Shown here: piece after piece, positions 49,801 through 58,896 of the stretch
Numbering within the stretch: the first letter of the stretch is position 1
How the letters are laid out: every line of letters starts with the position of its first letter
From: Bacteroidota bacterium
GTDB taxonomy: Bacteria; Bacteroidota; Bacteroidia; SXHM01
Direction of reading: 5' to 3'
Length of the DNA: 64,000 bases
Assembly (NCBI GenBank): GCA_947478465.1
Contig: CANJWH010000004.1
Span: 30,727 to 94,726 of the forward strand
The notes under the pieces: generated by a model
Databases searched by the model: none
What the model was told of the DNA's origin: nothing
Seen by the model: only the letters and a program-made list of their open reading frames with translations
Translations under genes and position numbers: made by a program

Positions 49801-51024
49801 GGAATTGCTTTCGGCAGCGTTGAATCATGGACCTATGATTTTAACGACAACGGAACTATTACCAATAATTCCAACCCGCTTTACACCTTTTCAACGAATG
49901 GCATTTTTGATGTTACGCTTACCGTTGCCAGTGACTTTGGTTGCGAGGCCGACACTACTTATTCCGTAATTGTAAATGCAGTTCCCAATGTCAATTTTTC
50001 TGCAACTGCCGTTTGTCTGGGCACTTTAACTGACTTTACTGATTTGTCGTCCATTCCCTTTGGTAATAACATTGCGTGGGACTGGAACTTCAATGATGGC
50101 GGTACTTCCGCGCTTCAGAATTCTTCGCATACCTATACCAATGCCGGTATTTTTAACGTAAACCTTACCGTTACTTCCGACAGCGGTTGCGTTGCCGATA
50201 CCCTATTACCAGTAGAAGTTTTCCCTGCTCCCGATGTAGATTTTACTTCCGATATTATTATCGGCTGCCAGCCGCTTGCTGTTAATTTTACTGACCTTTC
50301 CATCATTCCACCCGGCTATGATATTGTATGGTGGCTCTGGGATTTTGGTGACGGAAATTCGTCATCCCTTCAAAATCCTTTACACGTTTTTGATACTGCC
50401 GGTGTGTTCAGTGTTATATTGCATGTAAAGTCAGGTAACGGTTGCGATAATTCCGATACCATTGCCAATATGATTACCGTTAACCCTAAACCCGTTGCCA
50501 ACTTCAGTACTTCACCGCAACCAACTACCATCATTTATCCCCACATTGATTTTACTGATAATTCATCAGGAGCAAATCAGTGGCAGTATGATTTTGGTGA
50601 TAACACCAATGCAGCTTTACAAAACCCGCAGCATTCCTATGCTGATACAGGAACCTACATCGTTCAGCAAATTGTCACCAATCAGTTTGGTTGTAAAGAC
50701 ACGATTGAACGCACCGTAATTATCAATGCAGCTTTTACTTTTTACATCCCCAATTCCTTTACTCCAAATGCTGATGGCGATAACGATTATTTCTTCGGCA
50801 CCGGCATAGGAATAATCGCCTATGAAATGCGCATCTTCAACCGCTGGGGCGAAGAGGTGTTTGCTGCTTTTGACGAAAACGAAAAGTGGAACGGGGTTAT
50901 AGCTAAAACCAATCAATTAGCCGCACAGGATGTGTATGTTTATGCTTTCCGTATTACGGATGTGTTTGGTACTGACCATACCTACAGGGGCAAGGTTGCA
51001 GTATTGGTTGGCGATAATAAATAA
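46843..51024 (+). CDS. Large PKD-repeat surface protein with gliding-motility (T9SS type B) C-terminal domain
   Basis: Signal peptide; SH..GADLTYEC...YRDC N-domain; 10 PKD repeats (WDFGDG...GC); C-terminal YIPNSFTPNADGDND...IFNRWGE. Confidence 0.92.
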   Translation: MFNRNCIFKVFVLLLAFFFSAGSVSASHSQGADLTYECLGGNQYRVTLSFYRDCAGVAAPNAAIITVTSATCGQNFTINLNPLPGTGQEVSPICLSATTECTGGVLPGVQEYIYTNTVTLPANCSDWVFSYDLCCRNTATNTIFDPGNQNIRVEATLDNLNVNCNSSPAFSNNPVPFICVGQTFCFNHGAIDADGDSLVYSLVAPLNASGSSVTYLGGFSATQPLTSNPPVTFDNSTGDICMTPQALEVAVVAVLVQEYRNGLLIGSVMRDLQIRVVNCTNNLPYIDGIDLTGAGTGNGNYTITTCANANLCFFINSYDADAAQNLSLIWNNAIPAATFNPGNGQRPQAQFCWTPTQADISNIPYCFTVQVKDDNCQYYGTSVYSFCITVEGVTVDLGADQNISCVNQTALNATVTGGNGNYTYLWNTGETTASINAAEGTWYVDVTDVTSGCTGSDTVVISYINNPVADFTFNTACEGSATNFTDASQSGGGTNITAWNWDFGDGATSVAQDPAHTYNASGTFSVQLISENNIGCRDTILQDVIVKPAPQVDFDFTDECTGAIVNFTDQTTFPSGNIPGWTWNFGDGSPLDNTQNTTHSYANEGQFNVTLVATGDNGCSTSFSQTTEAYPIPVADYSYSNACENSPISFTDESTISSGTINSWSYDFDDGSPLSAQQNPVHTYTAPGSYNAAIAVVSDQGCTASLSHSITVRDKPVPAFSNPTACAQSPFTFTDNSTIPNGTIDAWDWTFDDISSNSNEQNPAHIYAAAGNYDVKLIVTSDFGCMDSLTQTVTVYPKPVAAFSATNSCLGDTSVFTDLSTISSGGITSWTWSFGNGNFSSAQDTVYAYPVAASYLVGLQVVSDMGCTDTETALLLVDNIPQAAFATNDICQNDDAIFTDQSFIATGILSQWDWDFGDGSPLFSGNNPPAHSYGNMGLYTVSLIVTSQGGCSDTAYNNIAVYPIPEPDFTATTACYGTETVFTDMSGIAFGSVESWTYDFNDNGTITNNSNPLYTFSTNGIFDVTLTVASDFGCEADTTYSVIVNAVPNVNFSATAVCLGTLTDFTDLSSIPFGNNIAWDWNFNDGGTSALQNSSHTYTNAGIFNVNLTVTSDSGCVADTLLPVEVFPAPDVDFTSDIIIGCQPLAVNFTDLSIIPPGYDIVWWLWDFGDGNSSSLQNPLHVFDTAGVFSVILHVKSGNGCDNSDTIANMITVNPKPVANFSTSPQPTTIIYPHIDFTDNSSGANQWQYDFGDNTNAALQNPQHSYADTGTYIVQQIVTNQFGCKDTIERTVIINAAFTFYIPNSFTPNADGDNDYFFGTGIGIIAYEMRIFNRWGEEVFAAFDENEKWNGVIAKTNQLAAQDVYVYAFRITDVFGTDHTYRGKVAVLVGDNK

Positions 51025-51144
51025 TGCTTCATTATCATAAATTTACATCATATTATTGTTTTAATTCTAATGCAGTAGGTTGGGGTTGAGAAGTTGAGGA
51101 TAGTTGAATTTGTTTGTATCTTCAGGCTGAATCAGGTCAAGAAT

Positions 51145-51208
51145 CTTATTTGAAATAATTCATTTCAAATAAGTATATCGTATTAATTCTCATTCACAAT
51201 TATTGTGA
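51145..51208. promoter_or_regulatory. Two perfect palindromes upstream of the desaturase
   Basis: CTTATTTGAAAT-AATTC-ATTTCAAATAAG (51145-51173) and TCACAAT-T-ATTGTGA (51194-51208); -7 element TACCTTTG at 51231-51238. Confidence 0.5.
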
Positions 51209-51257
51209 TTTACCCCCCACTTATAAAGCGTACCTTTGCGTCATATAAAACTCTATA

Positions 51258-52331
51258 ATGCTCGCAAAACCTAAATTTCCTTCCGTTCAATTTTCATTTC
51301 AATCAGAACTTAAGAAGCGTGTAAATGCCTATTTCGCTGAACAGGCAAAGAAAAAAACAGGCAACTGGAAATTATATTTAAAAACAGCAATTCTTGCCTT
51401 AAGTTTTATTCTCATTTATACTAAACTGGTTTTCTTTACACCTGCAGTTTTTCTATCAGTTGTATTGGCAATTTTACTTGGGATAAATGTTGCTGCAATC
51501 GGATTTAATGTAATGCACGATGGCTCGCACGGCAGTTATTCAAAACACAGTTTTGTAAATCAACTTGCTGCTTCCAGTTTAGATTTTTTGGGTGCAAGTT
51601 CTTTTATGTGGAAAATAAAACACAACGTAATTCACCACACCTATACCAACATTGAAGGCTTTGACGATGATATTGATATTAAGCCCTGGATGCGGATGAC
51701 CTTAACTCAGAAGAAACATTTTCTACACCGTTTCCAACATATTTATTTCATTCTGTTATACGCACTGCTTTATATTTTCTGGGTTGGATTTACAGATTTT
51801 AAAAAATATTTCAGTGGAAAAATTGCAGATATGCCTATACAAAAAATGAGTTGGAAAGATCACGTTGGTTTTTGGTCAAGCAAGGTTTCTTTTTTGTTTT
51901 TCTTTATCCTGCTGCCGGTTTACATGACAGGTGTATTGCCTTATCTGCTGGGCTTCTTCATCATGATGTTCTCAACAGGTATTTTTATAAGCATGGTGTT
52001 TCAGTTAGCACACACAGTTGAAGACCTGGAGTTTCCTGAACCCAATCCTGTAAGCAATAATATGGAAGATGAGTGGGCTATTCATCAGGTAAAAACCACA
52101 GCAAATTTTGCAACAAAAAACAAAATTCTTACATGGCTTTTTGGCGGATTAAACTTTCAGATAGAACATCACCTGTTTCCAAAGGTTAGTCATGTTCACT
52201 ATCCTGAACTGAGCAAAATTGTAAAGAAAACAGCCGCAGATTTCGGAATTAAATACAATGAATTTCCGCGTATGTATCAGGCCGTATGGGCGCACATACT
52301 TTTATTGAAAAGGGTAGGAGCAGCAGCGTGA
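51258..52331 (+). CDS. Membrane fatty acid (acyl-CoA) desaturase
   Basis: His boxes HDGSH, HNVIHH, QIEHH. Confidence 0.93.
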   Translation: MLAKPKFPSVQFSFQSELKKRVNAYFAEQAKKKTGNWKLYLKTAILALSFILIYTKLVFFTPAVFLSVVLAILLGINVAAIGFNVMHDGSHGSYSKHSFVNQLAASSLDFLGASSFMWKIKHNVIHHTYTNIEGFDDDIDIKPWMRMTLTQKKHFLHRFQHIYFILLYALLYIFWVGFTDFKKYFSGKIADMPIQKMSWKDHVGFWSSKVSFLFFFILLPVYMTGVLPYLLGFFIMMFSTGIFISMVFQLAHTVEDLEFPEPNPVSNNMEDEWAIHQVKTTANFATKNKILTWLFGGLNFQIEHHLFPKVSHVHYPELSKIVKKTAADFGIKYNEFPRMYQAVWAHILLLKRVGAAA

Positions 52332-52334
52332 AAT

Positions 52335-54794
52335 TTACATCGGATCTACATCCACGCTCACAATCACTGACTTAAATTCTTTCTTCAGTTTCAGTTGTGT
52401 TATAATCTCGCGCAGCTTTTCTTTAATACCTGAAGGCGCAATTTCGCGCTCAATCTTCAGAAGAAATGTTTTCAGGTAAAGACCTTTGATGCGGGCAACC
52501 ATAGGGAACTCAGGCCCAAGCAGGTTTTTGCCAAATGCATTTTTGCCTTCAAATGAGATAAAGCCGCAGGCAGTATTGAGTACATCTACGTTTTTATGTT
52601 TCAGTGTTATTTCAACCAAACGAAAAAACGGAGGATACGCAAAACTTTTCCGTTCGGTTATTTCGTTGGCATACATGGCTTCGTAATTATTAGTAATCAC
52701 CTGCTGGACGATAAATTTCTCAGGGTCGTGTGTCTGTATAATTACTTTTCCTCTTTTCTGTTTTCTACCTGCGCGTCCGCTTACCTGTGCCATCAACTGA
52801 TAGCTGCGTTCGTGCGCACGGAAGTCAGGGAAGTTCAGCATTCCGTCAGCATTTAAAATGCCCACTAAACCAACATTGTCAAAGTCCAGACCTTTGGTGA
52901 GCATTTGTGTGCCTACTAGAATATCAATGTTGCCATCTTCAAAATTTTCAATAAGCTGCTGGTGCGCATATTTTCCTCTCGTGGTATCTAAATCCATGCG
53001 TGCAATTTTTGCATCAGGAAAAAAGATGCCAATTTCTTCTTCAATCTTTTCGGTTCCAAAACCTTTTGCCTGCAAAGCGGTGTCGCCACACGCAGGACAT
53101 GTAACAGGAACTTTTTCGGTGTAGCCGCAATAATGGCAACGGAGATGATTTTGATATTTATGATAAGTCAAAGTAACATCACAGTTTATACAGTGCTGAG
53201 TCCATGCGCAGGTATTGCATTCCAGCACGGGAGAATAGCCACGCCTGTTCTGGAATAGAATAACCTGTTCTTTATTTGTCAGCGCAAGTTCCATATTCTC
53301 CAGTAACATGGGAGAGAAATTGGATTTCATAAGCTTTCGCTTCTTAGCTTCTTTAATATCAGAAATAAAAATTTCAGGCATCAGCACACCACCATATCGG
53401 CAAGCGAGTTTTACCAACCCATATTTACTTATTTCGGCATTACAATAACTTTCAATGGAAGGTGTAGCAGAACCCAGCAACGTTTTTGCATTATGAATTC
53501 GAGAAAGAATAATAGCAGCATCTCTGGCATTATATCTTGGTGAAGGGTCGTATTGTTTGAAAGAAGAATCATGTTCTTCATCTACAATCACCAAACCAAG
53601 GTTGGAGAAGGGCAGGAGCAGAGCAGATCGGGCACCAAGCAGAACTTTCGGTTCCCCGGATTTGATGATGTTATTCCACACCTCCACCCGTTCATTGTCG
53701 TTTAGTTTTGAATGGTAAACGCTTACAGCATTGCCAAACTTTTTTTGCAGGCGTGAAGTAATTTGAGTGGTGAGCGCAATCTCGGGAAGAAGATACAAAG
53801 CCTGTTTTCCGGCTTTCAGCGTTTCTTCAATTAATCGCATGTATATCTCTGTTTTACCGCTGCCGGTAACACCGTGCAACAGCACTACATCTTTTGTTTC
53901 GTAATGTTTGTGAATACTTTCAATAGCAGTTTGCTGCTCTTCGCTCAGATTTAGTTCAGGACTTTTGGCATTGCCAATGTCTTTCAGTCTGCCTGTTTCA
54001 AAAGTTTCAATTCTGAAAATATTTTTCTTAACCAGTGCAACGAAAGCAGCGTTGGAAGAGTGAACAGCTTTTAGCAGCGCAGATTTTTTTACAGGATTTT
54101 CTTCACCCTGATAGCGTCCTGAAAGATTAAGTAAGGCAATAACAAGCTCCGCTTGTTTCTGTGCCCGTTTAAGCGAATCAAAAATCTGTTCTAATTTTTC
54201 TTCATCAAATTTCTCTGCCAGAAACACAAAATCTTCGAGTTTGGGTTTAAATTTTTCTTTCAGTTCTTCTTCGCGCACAAGAACTTTTTTCTTCACCAGA
54301 TCGCCAATGATCTTATCAATTGTTTTGCGCTCTGTTACCACTATAATATCGCTCAGCTTCATGGTAGTGTTATTTTCCAGCGCTTCAACAATCTTTACTT
54401 CAATATCAGTGAGGTTTGAAATGTCACCATCAAAATCAGGGTGTAATGCAATTACTGTTTCACTTGAAAGTTTTAGTCCCGATGGTAATGCAGCATTCAT
54501 TACTTCGCCTTCGCTGCACATATAATAATCTGCCATCCATTTCCATAATTCCATTTGTTTGTCGTTTACGGAAATATGTGCATCAGGTAATTCCAGAATG
54601 TATTTTGCTTCGTAATTCTGCGGTGGCTTTTCATGAACTGCACCAACAATACCGGTATAAAGCCTGCTTGCTGCAAACTGCACAATCACGCGATGGCCTA
54701 CCCGAATCACCTCATTCATTTCCTGCGGTACGCGATAGGTGTAGCGTTTGGGAATGGCAAGCGGAAGAATAATGTCGGCAAAAAAGGTTTTCAT
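52335..54794 (-). CDS. priA: Primosomal protein N'
   Basis: GVTGSGKTE, LLPEIALT, DEEH, four CxxC motifs, QVSGRAGR, DVDPM. Confidence 0.97.
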   Translation of the reverse strand: MKTFFADIILPLAIPKRYTYRVPQEMNEVIRVGHRVIVQFAASRLYTGIVGAVHEKPPQNYEAKYILELPDAHISVNDKQMELWKWMADYYMCSEGEVMNAALPSGLKLSSETVIALHPDFDGDISNLTDIEVKIVEALENNTTMKLSDIIVVTERKTIDKIIGDLVKKKVLVREEELKEKFKPKLEDFVFLAEKFDEEKLEQIFDSLKRAQKQAELVIALLNLSGRYQGEENPVKKSALLKAVHSSNAAFVALVKKNIFRIETFETGRLKDIGNAKSPELNLSEEQQTAIESIHKHYETKDVVLLHGVTGSGKTEIYMRLIEETLKAGKQALYLLPEIALTTQITSRLQKKFGNAVSVYHSKLNDNERVEVWNNIIKSGEPKVLLGARSALLLPFSNLGLVIVDEEHDSSFKQYDPSPRYNARDAAIILSRIHNAKTLLGSATPSIESYCNAEISKYGLVKLACRYGGVLMPEIFISDIKEAKKRKLMKSNFSPMLLENMELALTNKEQVILFQNRRGYSPVLECNTCAWTQHCINCDVTLTYHKYQNHLRCHYCGYTEKVPVTCPACGDTALQAKGFGTEKIEEEIGIFFPDAKIARMDLDTTRGKYAHQQLIENFEDGNIDILVGTQMLTKGLDFDNVGLVGILNADGMLNFPDFRAHERSYQLMAQVSGRAGRKQKRGKVIIQTHDPEKFIVQQVITNNYEAMYANEITERKSFAYPPFFRLVEITLKHKNVDVLNTACGFISFEGKNAFGKNLLGPEFPMVARIKGLYLKTFLLKIEREIAPSGIKEKLREIITQLKLKKEFKSVIVSVDVDPM

Positions 54795-54902
54795 TTAGAT
54801 GGCGAAGATAGAATCTATTTAACCACAGTTTTGAACAAATTGAAGTGGATGAAATTTAATCGGTCAGATAGAGAACACTTAAAAATTAAATAGCTTTACC
54901 AC

Positions 54903-55220
54903 ATGAAAAAGTCTTCAGTTTTCACTACTAAAATTCTCCCGGTAATTAAAAATAAGTATGTAATTACAATTCTTGCTTTTCTGCTATGGATGACCATTTT
55001 TGACGAGAATAATTTTATAGCTCAATATAAAACACGACAGAAATTACAGGAACTGGAAAAGGATAAAAAATACTATACTACAGAAATAGCAAACAATAAA
55101 GAGAACCTGAATGAACTGATGAGCAGTATGGATAATCTTGAAAAGTTTGCACGCGAAAAATACCTGATGAAACGCGACAACGAAGATATTTTTGTGTTTG
55201 TAGAGGAAGAAAAGAAATGA
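54903..55220 (+). CDS. Septum formation initiator (FtsB/DivIC family)
   Basis: TM helix plus coiled coil, LEKFAREKYLMKRDNE. Confidence 0.85.
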   Translation: MKKSSVFTTKILPVIKNKYVITILAFLLWMTIFDENNFIAQYKTRQKLQELEKDKKYYTTEIANNKENLNELMSSMDNLEKFAREKYLMKRDNEDIFVFVEEEKK

Positions 55221-56128
55221 AATTACTGAAAGAACTTTGCGCAGTTCATGCGCCTTCGGGCAGCGAAAAACCGATGACAGATTTTGTTCTCGGTTATATT
55301 AAAAAACAAAAGAAGAAATGGAAAGTAAAACCCGAAATCCATAGTGGTGGTGACTTGCAGGATTGCATTGTTCTTGTTTTCGGAAAGCCGCGCACTGCAA
55401 TTTTTGCGCATATTGATTCCATTGGATTTACAACCCGTTACGAAACGGAGTTGGTAAAAATCGGTGGTCCGGCTGTGAAAGATGGTTGGAAATTAGTGGG
55501 TAAAGACAGCAAAGGTGCAATTGAATGTACTCTGAAAATTGATAAGGATAAAAATCCGCATTACACTTTCAATCGCAAGATTGACCGTGCAACTACGCTC
55601 ACATTTAAACCGGATTTTCGCGAGACAAAAGATTATGTTCAATGCTGTTATATGGATAATCGTCTTGGTGTTTGGAATGCTTTACAGGTTGCTGAAACAT
55701 TAGAGAACGGAATAATTGCCTTTTCCACCTACGAAGAACATGGAGGAGGAACAGTTGGATTTCTTGCAGGATTTATTTACGAGAAGTATAAAGTGAAGCA
55801 GGCTTTGATTTCGGATATTACTTGGATAACGAATGGTGTTCAGGCAGGCAAAGGAGTTGCGGTTTCTATGCGGGATTCGGGAATTCCGCGCAGAACATAT
55901 TTGGATAAAGTTGTTGCTATTGCCCATAAATCTAAAGTTCCATTTCAGATTGAAGTAGAATTTAGCGGTGGAAGTGATGGCAATCAATTACAAAAAGCCC
56001 CTTATCCATTTGATTGGTGCTTTGTAGGTGCTCCTGAAAGCAATGTGCACACACCCGATGAAAAAGTGCATAAAAAAGACATCGCGGCCATGACCGCGAT
56101 GTATAAAGTTTTAATGAAAGAGTTGTAA
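55217..56128 (+). CDS. M42/M20 family metallopeptidase
   Basis: HAPSGSE, AHIDS, DNRLG, YEEHG, VHTPDE. Confidence 0.88.
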   Translation: MKLLKELCAVHAPSGSEKPMTDFVLGYIKKQKKKWKVKPEIHSGGDLQDCIVLVFGKPRTAIFAHIDSIGFTTRYETELVKIGGPAVKDGWKLVGKDSKGAIECTLKIDKDKNPHYTFNRKIDRATTLTFKPDFRETKDYVQCCYMDNRLGVWNALQVAETLENGIIAFSTYEEHGGGTVGFLAGFIYEKYKVKQALISDITWITNGVQAGKGVAVSMRDSGIPRRTYLDKVVAIAHKSKVPFQIEVEFSGGSDGNQLQKAPYPFDWCFVGAPESNVHTPDEKVHKKDIAAMTAMYKVLMKEL

Positions 56129-56131
56129 TTC

Positions 56132-56839
56132 TTAAAATAGAATTTTCAGTAAGTCTTCTTTAGTTTGCAGACCACTTTTTCTTGCATACTCAGTTCCGTT
56201 TTTATACACAACAAAAATTGGAATTTCGGTTACACCCATTTCTTCTGCAAGTTGCTTGTGTTCGTCAATATTGATTTTTACAACTTTTAATTTGCCATCG
56301 TTTTCTTTGCCTAGTTCTTCTAGCATGGGAGACATTTTGCGACATGGAGCACACCAGGGTGCATAGAAATCAACTAATACAGGAACTTCAGCGGTTACCA
56401 ATTTTTTAAATTCAGCAACACTCATTGACGCTTTTGCAGCGCCACTCCCGGGTGTAACATCTAGTCCGGCTGCTTTCCATTTAAGAATTCCTCCTTTAAG
56501 TTCAATCACATTTTTAAAGCCTGAACTGCGCATTTCATTGGCAGCAGAAGAACTTCTTCCTCCCGATAAGCAGTAAACAAAAACAGGTTCGTCTTTGTCC
56601 AACTTCCCAACTTTCTGGTTAAACTCATCAGAATTGTAATTGATATTAATAGCTCCCGCAATATATCCCCCTGAAAATTCTTCAGGTGTGCGTACATCCA
56701 GTATTACCGGATTATTTTCACTGTGAATTTTTTCGCTGAATGCTTTTGCGTCTAATTGTTGTCCCGCCCCATTATTGTTGCAGGCAGCTACAAAAAATGT
56801 AAGAGCAGCAAAGAACAAGTAATTTATTTTCTTTCTCAT
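56132..56839 (-). CDS. Rhodanese-thioredoxin fusion lipoprotein
   Basis: Lipobox VAAC; DVRTPEE and CLSGGRS rhodanese loop; WCAPC thioredoxin motif. Confidence 0.9.
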   Translation of the reverse strand: MRKKINYLFFAALTFFVAACNNNGAGQQLDAKAFSEKIHSENNPVILDVRTPEEFSGGYIAGAININYNSDEFNQKVGKLDKDEPVFVYCLSGGRSSSAANEMRSSGFKNVIELKGGILKWKAAGLDVTPGSGAAKASMSVAEFKKLVTAEVPVLVDFYAPWCAPCRKMSPMLEELGKENDGKLKVVKINIDEHKQLAEEMGVTEIPIFVVYKNGTEYARKSGLQTKEDLLKILF

Positions 56840-56840
56840 A

Positions 56841-57140
56841 TTATGTATGCTGATTAATGATTTCTTCTAATTGATTTGCCTGTATCACCCCCGATTGTCT
56901 CCATTTTATTTCACCTTTTTTAAAAAGAATAAGTGTTGGAACGCCTTGAATATTATAAGCGCTTGCTGCTGATGGATTTCTGTCAACATCAATTTTTATT
57001 ATTCGTGCTTTATTACCAATTTTCTTTTTCAGGTCATCAAGAATTGGTTTCATCATTTTGCAGGGTCCGCACCATTCGGCTGAAAAATCAACCAATACAG
57101 GTGTTTCGCTCCTTGTTATTTGTTGAAATGTTTCGTTCAT
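56841..57140 (-). CDS. trxA: Thioredoxin
   Basis: WCGPC, VPTL. Confidence 0.93.
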   Translation of the reverse strand: MNETFQQITRSETPVLVDFSAEWCGPCKMMKPILDDLKKKIGNKARIIKIDVDRNPSAASAYNIQGVPTLILFKKGEIKWRQSGVIQANQLEEIINQHT

Positions 57141-57610
57141 AAAGATACTGTTGTTTTGGTTGCTACTTCAACTACAGGATTTAAAATCACTTTTGAGTTG
57201 ATAGAATTGGAAATTAGACATGCGCTTTCAGATTTTTGCAACACACGATCTGCACGTTCGCGGTCGCTTTCATTTGCAATGGTTACATGTGCATCAAGAA
57301 TAATTTCAGTCATTCTGAATTTGCCTTCTATTTGTTCCAGCTTTCCTTTTGAGTTGCAATGAAATTCTGTGAATTCAAGTTTTGAGTTTTCGGCTATTGC
57401 AAGGAATGTTGTCATGAAACAGCTGCTTACCGATGCGGTAAACAAATGTTCAGGAGACCAGATTCCCGCAATGCCTTTTGGAAATTCAGGTGGTGTTGCC
57501 ACTTCAATGCAACCATTTTGGTTTGTCAAAGCATTCAATTCAGGCGAACACATCATTCCCTGACGGTCGTGCTTCCAACTGATATTTACGTTGTAATAAT
57601 GAGGTTCCAT
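57137..57610 (-). CDS. OsmC family peroxiredoxin-like protein
   Basis: WSPEHLF, SSCF...ACLISNS Cys pair. Confidence 0.9.
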   Translation of the reverse strand: MEPHYYNVNISWKHDRQGMMCSPELNALTNQNGCIEVATPPEFPKGIAGIWSPEHLFTASVSSCFMTTFLAIAENSKLEFTEFHCNSKGKLEQIEGKFRMTEIILDAHVTIANESDRERADRVLQKSESACLISNSINSKVILNPVVEVATKTTVSL

Positions 57611-57615
57611 TTTAT

Positions 57616-57933
57616 TTATTTTTTAGAAATTTTATTTTGAAGAGATTGCCAGTTTCCGCCATTGTGAACATCTTTAAAACCATTGCTTTTTAACATCGAT
57701 TTTGCAGCTCCGCTTCGCATACCTGAGGCACAACAGGTAATGATTACTTTATCTTTTTTTAGTTTGCTGATATGACTTGATAACGAATCAACGGGAATGT
57801 TTTTTGAGCCTTTAATGTGTCCTCCCGCATATTCACCTTTGCTACGTACATCAATGATTTCTGCACCGGATTTAACTAATTCGTGGTAGTCAACAGTTTT
57901 TATGCCCAGCAGGTTTTTAATTTTTTCTATCAT
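57616..57933 (-). CDS. Single-domain rhodanese
   Basis: DVRS..EY..GHI, CCASGMRS. Confidence 0.92.
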   Translation of the reverse strand: MIEKIKNLLGIKTVDYHELVKSGAEIIDVRSKGEYAGGHIKGSKNIPVDSLSSHISKLKKDKVIITCCASGMRSGAAKSMLKSNGFKDVHNGGNWQSLQNKISKK

Positions 57934-57937
57934 CTAG

Positions 57938-58141
57938 TTATTTTTTAGGAGAGGTGTTAATTCCAAATGGAAAATAAAGTGGACAAAAAGAAAGAACGCT
58001 TGTCAGTAGAAAAATTCCTCCTAAGGCAAGCAATACAATTCCTAAAGTTCCTGAAATAGTACCTGTAAAATATAGTACTGCAATTACAACAGCTACTACT
58101 ACACGCAGTATTCTGTCAAATGTTCCCATGTTTGTTTTCAT
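57938..58141 (-). CDS. DUF2892 (YgaP-like TM) protein
   Basis: NMGTFDRILR...FCPLY..FGINT. Confidence 0.88.
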   Translation of the reverse strand: MKTNMGTFDRILRVVVAVVIAVLYFTGTISGTLGIVLLALGGIFLLTSVLSFCPLYFPFGINTSPKK

Positions 58142-58196
58142 TGTCTTGTTTTTTAGTTTGTGGTACAAAAGTATTTCAACAAGCAGGGAACAATCA

Positions 58197-58210
58197 GCAA
58201 CTAATGTTAC
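58197..58210. promoter_or_regulatory. Candidate Crp/Fnr-family binding site
   Basis: GTAAC-ATTA-GTTGC (minus), centred about 30 bp upstream of the -7 element TACTTTTG (58166-58173, minus). Confidence 0.5.
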
Positions 58211-58845
58211 ATATCGCTCAGCAGCTTGATTTGATTTCGGTATAAAAGCAGTTTGTTTTGGTTCTCTAATTGTTTCAAAAGGCGCGACACCACTACCCTT
58301 GAAGTAGCCAATTCGTCTGCTATTTGCTGGTGTGTTAAATTAATAAGTGCTGAACCAGATGCTTTTGATTTCTCTTTCAGATAAGTTACCAATCTTTCAT
58401 CTAGTTTATGAAATGCTATACCGTCAATGGTCCGCAATAGTTCGTTAAAACGCATACGAATAGTTCGCATTACAAAACTTTTCCAGGTTGGGTATTTGCT
58501 CATCCATTCGTCCATTAGTTCAATAGGTATAAGAATTCCCTCTGAATCTTCTTCTGCAATTGCCCGCACTTCGCTTGCATGGCGCATCATGCAGCAGGTA
58601 AAAGTCATTGCGCACGATTCATTTCCGCCTACATAATATAGAAGAAGCTCGTTCCCATTCTCATTATTTCGTGTTATTTTCAATGAGCCTTTCAGAACTA
58701 TGGGAACATATAAAACAGGTTGTCCGATGTCGAGCAACACTTCGCCTTCTTTAAGTTTCAGGTATTTTGCTTTTAGCCTGATTTCTTCAAGCAGTTCGGG
58801 TTCAAATACGTCTTTCAGAATAGCAAGTTGTTCTTTCATGTTCAT
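58207..58845 (-). CDS. Crp/Fnr family transcriptional regulator
   Basis: cNMP-like domain (ELLLYY..GNESCAMTFTCC); HTH THQQIADELATSRVVVSRLL. Confidence 0.93.
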   Translation of the reverse strand: MNMKEQLAILKDVFEPELLEEIRLKAKYLKLKEGEVLLDIGQPVLYVPIVLKGSLKITRNNENGNELLLYYVGGNESCAMTFTCCMMRHASEVRAIAEEDSEGILIPIELMDEWMSKYPTWKSFVMRTIRMRFNELLRTIDGIAFHKLDERLVTYLKEKSKASGSALINLTHQQIADELATSRVVVSRLLKQLENQNKLLLYRNQIKLLSDM

Positions 58846-58896
58846 GCAATATTAGTTGAACACAAAGGAACGGAATATGACGGATGTCAGGAATAA

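Noticed and set aside
48230-50730. Periodic sequence similarity (TGGGATTTTGGTGA..., GGTTGC)
   Set aside because: Degenerate coding repeats of PKD domains, not a CRISPR array or DNA-level repeat
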